From IMG/VR virus record IMGVR_UViG_3300044878_000059, positions 64,001 through 128,000 of that record: a stretch of DNA of 64,000 bases; one strand, written 5' to 3'. The translations under genes were made by a program, and so were the position numbers. The notes under the pieces were generated by a model. It was not told the origin of the DNA, made no database searches, and saw only the letters and a program-made list of their open reading frames with translations. The stretch's first letter is position 1. Each line of letters starts with the position of its first letter. Of this stretch, positions 1-7,241 are shown one piece after another. Source of the DNA: a virus. Taxonomy: Duplodnaviria > Heunggongvirae > Uroviricota > Caudoviricetes.

Positions 1-18
1 AGATTTTACAAATCAGGC

Positions 19-297
19 TCACAGCTTCGGCATCCAGTACGGTGCATCGGCAAGGTAGTAACGAACCTGAGCCAGCTTGAACGAATCAATCCGACGATCC
101 GTGTAGAATCCGTTTTTATCAAACGGTCGAACAACTACATCGTCACAGCTTGCGAACGAATGTGCGTCTACCACAACATGCCCGGATTGGGAACCATCGG
201 CAGCCAAATAAATCTGACCGTCAGCGATTCCGTAGCTTGGTTCGACAACTGGTGTCGGTTTGCGTTTCTGTACGACGATTGTTGGTTTTGTTTTCAT
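19..297 (-). CDS. hypothetical protein (92 aa)
   Basis: ORF track 19..357 trimmed to ATG at 297 (GAGAG upstream), because the longer start lies inside the tRNA. Confidence 0.65.
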   Translation of the reverse strand: MKTKPTIVVQKRKPTPVVEPSYGIADGQIYLAADGSQSGHVVVDAHSFASCDDVVVRPFDKNGFYTDRRIDSFKLAQVRYYLADAPYWMPKL

Positions 298-312
298 GTC
301 ACTCTCACAATT

Positions 313-396
313 TGGTATCCGTGGTGGGATTCGAACCCACGATCCCGAAGGCGTCACTTTTTAAGAATGATGTGTATTCCACTCCACCACACGGAC
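313..396 (-). tRNA. tRNA-Leu(TAA), long variable arm, encoded CCA
   Basis: Minus strand GTCCGTG...CACGGAT-A-CCA; anticodon stem TCATT/AGTGA with loop CT-TAA-AA; T-arm GTGGG-TTCGAAT-CCCAC; 84 nt. Confidence 0.95.
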
Positions 397-401
397 ATGA
401 T

Positions 402-611
402 TCAGATAAGCAGTGTAAGTTCGCTGTAGCCCTGTTCCTGAACTTCGCTGTAGGTCAGCGGGTTTGCATCAATCAGGTTTGGTGGTGAATAGATCACATC
501 AAGCGACTTGTTGTAATTCGCCATTTCCGCCAGAGACTTGAAATGGATGTTGCCGATGTAGTTACCGGCGCGGGTGTGCATCAGCACTTCATAGACTTGA
601 TTCATTTTCAT
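402..611 (-). CDS. hypothetical protein (~69 aa)
   Basis: ORF track 402..653 trimmed to ATG 611 (GAGA upstream); fits between neighbours. Confidence 0.55.
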   Translation of the reverse strand: MKMNQVYEVLMHTRAGNYIGNIHFKSLAEMANYNKSLDVIYSPPNLIDANPLTYSEVQEQGYSELTLLI

Positions 612-819
612 TCTCAAACAGTACGGAATTGAAATAAAGGTGTGGGAATTCATCGATCACGACGACCGAATGACTTTGCCCAACGTCGAGGATTGCCAAG
701 GTATACAGCTTGTTTACTTCGAGGGTTTCAAGCGCTTTCTTGCGTTCCAGCTCATACCCGTTGTTGTGTGGATTGAATCTGATCTTCGATCCAACGGGTG
801 TAGATAAATCCATTGTCAT
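589..819 (-). CDS. hypothetical protein (76 aa)
   Basis: ORF downstream of the CAU tRNA, same strand as the cluster. Confidence 0.65.
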   Translation of the reverse strand: MTMDLSTPVGSKIRFNPHNNGYELERKKALETLEVNKLYTLAILDVGQSHSVVVIDEFPHLYFNSVLFENENESSL

Positions 820-849
820 TAAGGTTGTATCATTTTCTCTGTAAGTGAT

Positions 850-926
850 TGGTGGGCCATGCGAGATTCGAACTCGCGTCTTATCCGTTATGAGCGGAAC
901 GCACTAGGCCGCTGTGCTAAAGGCCC
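850..926 (-). tRNA. tRNA with CAT anticodon, probably tRNA-Ile2 (lysidine) rather than Met; encoded CCA
   Basis: GGGCCTT...ATGGCCC-A-CCA; D-arm GCAC/GTGC; loop CT-CAT-AA; T-arm GCGAG-TTCGAAT-CTCGC. G1-C72 paired (not initiator); C4-G69 and C5-G68 as in Ile2. Confidence 0.92.
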
Positions 927-931
927 AAGGT

Positions 932-1144
<213 letters not shown>

Positions 1145-1151
1145 GGCAACG

Positions 1152-1304
1152 TCACGTCTGACGTTGGTACATTGGATGTGTTGATGCAATCTCAAGGACT
1201 GCATCAATTTCATCATGTTCTAATTCTTCCTCAAGCATTTCGAGCGTCACCAGACCGGTAACAAAGCCCGCTGCCAGAGAAATCAATTCTTCTTTGCTAA
1301 CCAA
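1152..1304 (-). CDS. small acidic hypothetical protein (50 aa, TTG start)
   Basis: Read by hand: (M)VSKEELISLAAGFVTGLVTLEMLEEELEHDEIDAVLEIASTHPMYQRQT*; GAGG upstream; abuts the stop of the upstream ORF. Confidence 0.6.
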   Translation of the reverse strand: MVSKEELISLAAGFVTGLVTLEMLEEELEHDEIDAVLEIASTHPMYQRQT

Positions 1305-1757
1305 CTATTCAACCTCTTGGCTTCCCCATACCAATGCATGGTTATCCCAGAAATGTTTGGACTGCATGAATTCTTCATCAGTGCGAATCGATTTATCAAA
1401 CAGTTCCTTTTCAGCCACACGGCCAATGAAACTAGTCAACAGCTTGAACCGGTTGCCAACGCGCTTCATGATCACTGTTACGTGACTGGATGGCTGTTGC
1501 TTCCGATTCTTGACAAATCGAGTTTTACCGGGACGACCCGGACGCTTCGCATAGATGATTTCATCATACTGCGTGGTTTCAACACAATCGGTCAGACCGA
1601 TGATCTGGCCCATGTCGAAATCTGCTTTGATCAAAGACTGACCATCCACAACCAGAGTCGGGATGATCTGTTTCAGGAAAGGCATAACCGATTCATGCGC
1701 TTGCATGTGTTCACGGTCAATGTCAACTACGATTCCATCGGCGGTCTTGATGTGCAT
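1305..1757 (-). CDS. hypothetical phage protein (150 aa)
   Basis: Clean ORF in the minus-strand cluster. Confidence 0.75.
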   Translation of the reverse strand: MHIKTADGIVVDIDREHMQAHESVMPFLKQIIPTLVVDGQSLIKADFDMGQIIGLTDCVETTQYDEIIYAKRPGRPGKTRFVKNRKQQPSSHVTVIMKRVGNRFKLLTSFIGRVAEKELFDKSIRTDEEFMQSKHFWDNHALVWGSQEVE

Positions 1758-1801
1758 GTGAAAACCCTGTGTTCTGTTTTAATGACCACAGGGTAATCTA
1801 T

Positions 1802-2299
1802 TTACGCCGTTGCTGCAACCTTTGTTCGAATTCCCTTACGGGCTTTCAAGGTATCGCGGTCGGCTACAGTCGAGCCACACCACGCCTCTGGTTTCAATTT
1901 GGGTTTGAACCCAAAAGTGCCAAGAACATAACCTACCGCTTCCTTGACAGCGACGTTCGATTTGTGCCGAGGGTCAGGGTTCAAGTCCAAGTGGATTTCG
2001 AACGCACGACCTTGCAGATGGTCTACAAGCTGGTAGGCAACGCCAATAGCTTTGTAGACTTCGTTCATCAGCCGACCTTTGATATTTCCGTACCAAGGTT
2101 CAACGCTGATTTCCTTGAAGATTTTCCCACCTTTGTTTCCATCAAAGTGCAAGACAATAACAGTAACGTAGACCACTTTGCCTTTGACTCGTTTGGAATC
2201 CGCACCGACATATACTTTGGTGGTTTCAGACGATTCTTGAATCGTTTTGATCACTTCTGCGATGTCCAGTGCCTGTACGACTGTGCTAACGTTACTCAT
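1802..2299 (-). CDS. RNase H-like YkuK (DUF458) family protein
   Basis: Motifs VYVGADS, RLMNEVYKAI, EIHLDLN, KPEAWCGSTVAD. Confidence 0.8.
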   Translation of the reverse strand: MSNVSTVVQALDIAEVIKTIQESSETTKVYVGADSKRVKGKVVYVTVIVLHFDGNKGGKIFKEISVEPWYGNIKGRLMNEVYKAIGVAYQLVDHLQGRAFEIHLDLNPDPRHKSNVAVKEAVGYVLGTFGFKPKLKPEAWCGSTVADRDTLKARKGIRTKVAATA

Positions 2300-2345
2300 T
2301 GCTTCACCATTTTCCTAGATGCTGTTCGGCTTCATTTTTGTTGCT

Positions 2346-2439
2346 CCGATTGATAAATTAGTCGGAACGATCCTTTTATTTCAGTGCCTCACGTTCCAAT
2401 CGGCACCCGGCCAAAGCCTACTGCCATTACTAATTCCGA
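2346..2439 (-). other. candidate structured RNA element (pseudoknot/switch) upstream of the YkuK gene
   Basis: Interleaved complementary pairs GTGCC/GGCAC, GGAACG/CGTTCC, CCGATTG/CAATCGG, AATTAGT/ACTAATT in a non-coding gap. Confidence 0.4.
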
Positions 2440-2447
2440 TGCAGTCG

Positions 2448-2612
2448 TCAGCGGGGTGACTGACCCCGTATGCCGAGCTTCTTACGAATCCCGGCAATTC
2501 TTTTGTCGATTTCTATCAATCGTTCTGGGTAATACATGTCTTCATCCCAGAAGGTTAACATGAACCGTCTGCTCTGATAAACATTCAACCGCCATTTCCA
2601 GAACCATTTCAT
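2448..2612 (-). CDS. small hypothetical protein (54 aa)
   Basis: Read by hand: MKWFWKWRLNVYQSRRF...GQSPR*; GAGG upstream of the ATG. Confidence 0.55.
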   Translation of the reverse strand: MKWFWKWRLNVYQSRRFMLTFWDEDMYYPERLIEIDKRIAGIRKKLGIRGQSPR

Positions 2613-2620
2613 TCGAAACC

Positions 2621-3265
2621 TCAGATTTGGGACAGAACAGAATCCAGTTTCTCGAAGAACTCAGGAAGCGTTCCATTGTTGTCTACGACGAAATCCCCGT
2701 TTTCAACGGGCAATCCCTGTTCAGTAATGTGGTCATCAGACAACCCGGTGTCTCGCAAGATGTGGATAACAGAACCACCACGTTCCCTTACGAATTCGAT
2801 TTCATGGGTTTGTCTGCAATCGACCATGACAACTGTATCATAGGCTTCTTCGAGGCTAAACATTGCTTTCTCAAATTCTTTGAGCCAGATGTTTGTATCA
2901 ATTTGGTTGACTCCGATGTCGGTTCCTACGGTCTGCATGATTCTGCGGATCGTCCAACCGTTGTTGTCGTCGATAACCGACCAATCGATGTCCAGTTCAT
3001 CCAGACTGTAACCGAAGCCTTCAAAGATGCGTTCAACGGATTCGATGAACTCGGAACGTTCGATATAGATAATGAAACTGTTTCGATCAACACCATAGCC
3101 GAACACATCGTCACGACTTACATAGTCTGCGAATTCTGTTGCAATGGATTCTTTGAAAACGGCTGCAAGTGCGTATGACGTTGAACCGGGGATTTTATCG
3201 AGGATGTATTGTGCTGCTGTATCTTTGCCACATCTGGCTTTAGCTGATAATGTGATGATATTCAT
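2621..3265 (-). CDS. 1: deoxynucleoside monophosphate kinase (T4 gp1)
   Basis: P-loop AKARCGKDT, RRIMQTVGTD, VMVDCRQTHE. Confidence 0.9.
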   Translation of the reverse strand: MNIITLSAKARCGKDTAAQYILDKIPGSTSYALAAVFKESIATEFADYVSRDDVFGYGVDRNSFIIYIERSEFIESVERIFEGFGYSLDELDIDWSVIDDNNGWTIRRIMQTVGTDIGVNQIDTNIWLKEFEKAMFSLEEAYDTVVMVDCRQTHEIEFVRERGGSVIHILRDTGLSDDHITEQGLPVENGDFVVDNNGTLPEFFEKLDSVLSQI

Positions 3266-3290
3266 TGTTGTTTGTAACTCCTATTGGAAC

Positions 3291-3323
3291 AGTATAGCAT
3301 TCGAACAGGTTTGATTAAACATT
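3291..3323 (-). promoter_or_regulatory. early-type sigma70 promoter for gene 1
   Basis: AATG-TTTAAT-N17-TATACT with TGn extension. Confidence 0.75.
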
Positions 3324-3340
3324 GAACGGTTCCATTCATC

Positions 3341-3542
3341 GTAGCGAAGCTGTATCGAGCGTAGCGAGATACTAGATAGGAACTATTATTGTTTCTAAAC
3401 AGCTTTAAAAGCTTTTAAACATTTCTAATTAGTAGCTCACTTCGTTCGCTACAGTGCTTCGCACTAGTTCTTTTTGAGTTTTTGTAGTTGTTTAGAAGTT
3501 TTTAAAAGGTTCGGACAGAACTCTCCTATCCACGGAGAATTC
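3341..3542. other. AT-rich non-coding segment with short repeats and mini-hairpins (origin candidate)
   Basis: GTAGCGA at 3341 and 3361, inverted copy at 3446; GCGAAGC-type hairpins; A/T tracts 3385-3510; hairpin 3518-3542. Confidence 0.35.
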
Positions 3543-3608
3543 ATGAAATCGATTTTGAATAAATCTGTTCTGTTGAAATACACTAGACGCACCATAAATG
3601 GCGGGCGA

Positions 3609-3826
3609 GGGTCATACTGTTCGCACTTTAAACGTCTGCTCTTTGGCGGGAGATAATATGTAGCCAGTGTATCGACCGTTCATATATCTTGGTGTTGGCT
3701 CTTGTTCTTTCCAGTTGCACCATCCTGTCAATTTTTGGTTTGCATTTCCTAGAGTGCCGATAGTGGTTGCTGGATCACTCGGTTTGACTAACCTTTGACC
3801 CGCGAATGCAACAGTATCGGATGACC
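3609..3826 (-). ncRNA. candidate structured non-coding RNA (~220 nt)
   Basis: Ends are complementary (GGTCA-TACTGTT at 3610-3621 with AACAGTA-tcgga-TGACC at 3810-3826); internal stems; lies downstream of two promoters. Confidence 0.4.
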
Positions 3827-3882
3827 TTGACACCACTCAGTTAGATGATGATTCAGCCATTCGGTTTGTAATTTCGTTTTCG

Positions 3883-3890
3883 TATTTAGC
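3883..3890 (-). promoter_or_regulatory. late promoter candidate (GCTAAATA)
   Basis: TAAATA core shared with the other late-gene promoters in the window. Confidence 0.5.
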
Positions 3891-3933
3891 ATCACCGGGG
3901 CCGAAGCCCCGACCACCGGCTAGGTGGGGTGAT
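3891..3933. other. three-way-junction inverted repeat
   Basis: ATCACC[GGGGC-CGAA-GCCCC]GA[CCACC-GGCTA-GGTGG]GGTGAT. Confidence 0.7.
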
Positions 3934-3947
3934 AGAATTTATCAATC

Positions 3948-3989
3948 AATGTAGCACGTCCAGCGGGCCGGTTAAACATTGCATCAAAC
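3948..3989 (-). promoter_or_regulatory. early-type promoter pointing into the non-coding interval
   Basis: GTTTGATGCAATG-TTTAAC-N17-TACATT with TGn; 17-nt upstream block identical to the one at the rIIA promoter. Confidence 0.7.
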
Positions 3990-4508
3990 CGTCACACCTG
4001 CATCAATCTCAAGATCGTACACGTCGTAGGCAAACGTCACGTCGCATGACAGAACGTTTGGATCATTCGTGGTCGAATCGAATTCGATGCCGCCAAGCCT
4101 CACAGGGAACAGCCTACGGAACGTAAACACCTTACCCATGCTGCTGTGGTTGTTGGTCGTGATGTGGATCGCAGCGGTGCTTTCAGCTTGTCCGTACAGG
4201 GTCGTAGGCTGATGCTTGTACGCATCCACCAGTTCCTTGAGCCAGACGTAGATTTCTTGCCACGCTTCGATGTTTTCATCCATCAGGAATCGAACAGTCA
4301 ATCGTTCGAACACCAGACCAGTACCCGCCAGCTCGAACGACGCAACCTTGGGTGACGACGTTGCCTTGGCTGTTGTTATACTTATGTCCGGCAGAATGAA
4401 ATTTTGCACGTTCCAGTTAAAAATCCGATGACCGGCTTTGTGCAGCACGAATTTGTGGTTCGTGCCGGACATAGTGTTCTGGATCAGATTCGGGCGTTCT
4501 TCGATCAC
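3984..4508 (-). CDS. 3: tail tube terminator / sheath stabiliser (T4 gp3)
   Basis: VFERLTVRFLMDENIEAWQEIYVWL; gp19-like C-terminus. Confidence 0.85.
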   Translation of the reverse strand: MIEERPNLIQNTMSGTNHKFVLHKAGHRIFNWNVQNFILPDISITTAKATSSPKVASFELAGTGLVFERLTVRFLMDENIEAWQEIYVWLKELVDAYKHQPTTLYGQAESTAAIHITTNNHSSMGKVFTFRRLFPVRLGGIEFDSTTNDPNVLSCDVTFAYDVYDLEIDAGVTV

Positions 4509-4509
4509 C

Positions 4510-6255
4510 TTAATCCCCTAGGTTGCGCGATTTCACTACGCCGCCCGCTGGATCAGCCGACAAGGTTTGTGGAACCACTGTTTGTGAATTGGTTGTGTTC
4601 TGTGTGTTCTGTTGGATCGTTTGTTGACGCAACGCACGCTTCGCCTGAGCTTCGGCTTTCGCTTCTTCCAGACCGGCTGACGCTGGGATCAGGTCTTGAC
4701 CCGGTAGCGCTGGTTTAGCTTGATCCATCTGCCAGTTCTGCATTAGCTTCGCCATTTCTTCCGGCGACTTGGCACCAATCGAAGTATTGAACAGACCACC
4801 AGTAATCCCACGGTTTGCAAATGTATCTGCATCCATTCCGGGTAATGTGTGGTTCTCTTTCACGTACTGTTCAGTTGCTGGGTCAAGTTGTGGAATACCA
4901 GATTGTTTCGCAAGGTCTTGGGCGTAGTTAATCCACTTCATATCCTCACGGTTTTTAACTCTGGCCTTGGCATCTTCGTTACCCATGGCCGCTAGAACAT
5001 CGTCAACCATTTCAAACATCTTGTTCATGATGCTTTCGAAGATCGGGTTGCCATCCAGCCATTTGTACAGTTGTTCACCGATTTCTTTACCAATCAGGAA
5101 CGCCGCTGCACCGCCAATAACGATTGCACCAATTTCCCCGGCAGCACCTACCAATCCACCTAGACCACCCAGCAAACTTGCAACTACACCCAGAACGCTA
5201 ATGAACTTAGATTCTTCTTGGGTATCGAATTGTTTCTTTTGAAGTTTGTACTGTTTCTGTTCTAGATCGATTTCAACCAATCTATCTTTGGCAGCTTGCT
5301 TCAATAGAGTTTCAATGCGTGTTGATGACCCGTAGGTTTTCCATGCATAGATGCGCAGCAAGTCAACGTCTTTAGTCATCCCGCCTAGTTGGGCTTCCAT
5401 GGTTTCGATCTTCGCCGCCATTTCTTGCGAGAAGAATTCGATACCGTGTAGGTATTCCATTGCTTTAGGCCCGATCACATCCACGTTACGACCACCAACT
5501 GTTCGACCACGGGCCATGTTGGCACCGATCTTTTCTACAGTCGCGGCAGTTTCTTGAGTAAAGAACTCAATTGCATGCAAGTATTCCAATGTTTGAGAAT
5601 CGGTTACTTTGGATGGGCTACCGTTATGGTCAGCCAGTCGTTCAACTACATCATGGATTTTCACAGCGATTTCATCAAACGTCTGAATCGCCGGGGTCAG
5701 AGAGATTGCTGCCGCTTCAAGTTTGGCCGCTGCTTCGGATAGTTTGACTACCGCTGCATTGGACGTACCGCCGCCTGTACCGCCAGTTCCACGGGTTTTA
5801 GGTTTTGGGTTAGCTGCATCGATTTCTTCCTGTTCTTTCTTCTTGCGTGCGAGTTCGTATTGTTCCATCAGCTTGTGTTCAACTTTACGCTGTCTAGCAA
5901 GTTCACGCTGATAGTTCTTTTTATCTTTCAGGGTCGCGGCTGCTTCCTGACCGATTGCACGAAAGATCGCACCGGCAATAGGGATACCCCCAATAGCCCC
6001 GCCAATACCGCCTAGAGCGGCACCACCGGCCCGTCTGGCGATACGCCCGGTGAATCCACCGGGTTTCTTCTGCATCGCCTTACGGTTGGCCTTGGAGTCG
6101 CGGATAATCAATTTATCCGCTTTCGTCGCCAGCTTGTTTGATAGTGTTCGATGTTTCTCGTTTTTCTTGAATTCTTCCAAGAGTTTTTGATTTGGCTCAC
6201 GAATTCGATTCGCCAAATCCTCTAGAAAGTCAAAGTCTGGTGCGTTACTGGGCAT
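4510..6255 (-). CDS. 29: baseplate hub / tape-measure protein (T4 gp29-like)
   Basis: 581 aa, helical with Gly/Ala-rich hydrophobic segments; follows gp26/gp51; length close to T4 gp29. Confidence 0.7.
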   Translation of the reverse strand: MPSNAPDFDFLEDLANRIREPNQKLLEEFKKNEKHRTLSNKLATKADKLIIRDSKANRKAMQKKPGGFTGRIARRAGGAALGGIGGAIGGIPIAGAIFRAIGQEAAATLKDKKNYQRELARQRKVEHKLMEQYELARKKKEQEEIDAANPKPKTRGTGGTGGGTSNAAVVKLSEAAAKLEAAAISLTPAIQTFDEIAVKIHDVVERLADHNGSPSKVTDSQTLEYLHAIEFFTQETAATVEKIGANMARGRTVGGRNVDVIGPKAMEYLHGIEFFSQEMAAKIETMEAQLGGMTKDVDLLRIYAWKTYGSSTRIETLLKQAAKDRLVEIDLEQKQYKLQKKQFDTQEESKFISVLGVVASLLGGLGGLVGAAGEIGAIVIGGAAAFLIGKEIGEQLYKWLDGNPIFESIMNKMFEMVDDVLAAMGNEDAKARVKNREDMKWINYAQDLAKQSGIPQLDPATEQYVKENHTLPGMDADTFANRGITGGLFNTSIGAKSPEEMAKLMQNWQMDQAKPALPGQDLIPASAGLEEAKAEAQAKRALRQQTIQQNTQNTTNSQTVVPQTLSADPAGGVVKSRNLGD

Positions 6256-6433
6256 TTTTTCTATCCTGCTTCTGCTTTTCTTCCTGTATCCAGTTCATCA
6301 GTAACGCCAGTTCAATCTTACGTTCCCATGGGTACATGAATTCAAGTTCAGTAATTGAATAATTGTGGTATTTGTGCAGACCGAAATTTGTCTTCATGTA
6401 GTTTGCAAGAGTTTCATCGGCCTGCGTGATTAG
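6245..6433 (-). CDS. 51: gp51-like baseplate hub assembly catalyst; probably made as a -1 frameshift extension of gp26
   Basis: Read by hand: LITQADETLANYMKTNFGLHKYHNYSITELEFMYPWERKIELALLMNWIQEE...; MYPWER motif; alternative ATG at 6397 lacks an SD. Confidence 0.8.
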   Translation of the reverse strand, partial: LITQADETLANYMKTNFGLHKYHNYSITELEFMYPWERKIELALLMNWIQEEKQKQDRKNAQ

Positions 6434-7227
6434 AAAAAATCTTCCAGTCCTCGAAGTTTAAGTTCAGCATTGTTGCCACACGACTTGCAAACGAATTGCA
6501 CATCGGCAGTAACAGTTGGTGCTTCACTGAAAAACTCTGTGATTTTCTCAAACACTGCACCCGGCATGTATTCCAAGAACTCAACTGCATCGAGTTCATC
6601 GTAATCTTCACCGAACGCCATCATTGAACCGTCTTTCTTGTAGATCGAAGTCATGCAACGACCGTAGGTCAAGAAAGCATTTTCAAGGTTGTCACTTGCC
6701 AGAGAAGACGTAATAGCGGTCATCTGTTCGAAGGATGGATACTTGAAAACGATTTTATCAATGGTGTCACTGTTGACAGTGATGATACCGGACTGAATTT
6801 CACTGGTTGGAATCTTGGCGGTGGACAGGTCGATACGAACTTTGTTGATTTCGTTACACTTGATATGATCGCCGTGTTCATCAACAGCCGGAAGTCCCGC
6901 TTCATCCAATTTATCCGCACGACATTGGTAATGCGCGGTGGTTTGTTTGGACGCTGTAGAGTTCATGAACAGTTGTACGAACATGTATTCCACGTCAAAG
7001 CTCGGAAGCTTGGATACATCAAGGTCATCCAGCACACAGTTTTGTATCAATTGTGTGACGGCTCCTACGATGGCATCCGTGTTGCTGTTGTCGGACTCTT
7101 TAGCCATCAACAACAGCTTCTGTTCTTTAACCAAGAAAGATCGTACTTTGACGATCTTCCCGGTGCTTGGAATCAGACATTTAAAAGTTGGTGCGGAACT
7201 AACCGCCAGTTCTTGTAACTTGCCCAT
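6430..7227 (-). CDS. 26: baseplate hub assembly chaperone (T4 gp26)
   Basis: IPSTGKIVKVRSFLVKEQKLLL, LPSFDVEYMFVQL, C-terminal CKSCG...LRGLEDFF. Confidence 0.9.
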   Translation of the reverse strand: MGKLQELAVSSAPTFKCLIPSTGKIVKVRSFLVKEQKLLLMAKESDNSNTDAIVGAVTQLIQNCVLDDLDVSKLPSFDVEYMFVQLFMNSTASKQTTAHYQCRADKLDEAGLPAVDEHGDHIKCNEINKVRIDLSTAKIPTSEIQSGIITVNSDTIDKIVFKYPSFEQMTAITSSLASDNLENAFLTYGRCMTSIYKKDGSMMAFGEDYDELDAVEFLEYMPGAVFEKITEFFSEAPTVTADVQFVCKSCGNNAELKLRGLEDFF

Positions 7228-7241
7228 TATAATTATCTCAA

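Noticed and set aside
1147-1207. Two hairpins (CAACGTCA/TGACGTTG; TTGATGCA/TGCATCAA) as part of the ncRNA
   Set aside because: They lie inside a plausible 50-aa ORF with an RBS; cannot separate them from chance or from processing signals.
2380-2452. Hammerhead or HDV-like ribozyme (CTGACGA and GAAA present; CCTCACGT resembles an HDV L3)
   Set aside because: Bases flanking CTGACGA and GAAA do not form stem II, and there is no P3 stem around the L3-like word.
3612-3836. 74-aa ORF in the gene 3-gene 1 gap
   Set aside because: GTG start with no convincing SD, no recognisable motif, and coincides with the long-range RNA stem; kept only as an alternative.
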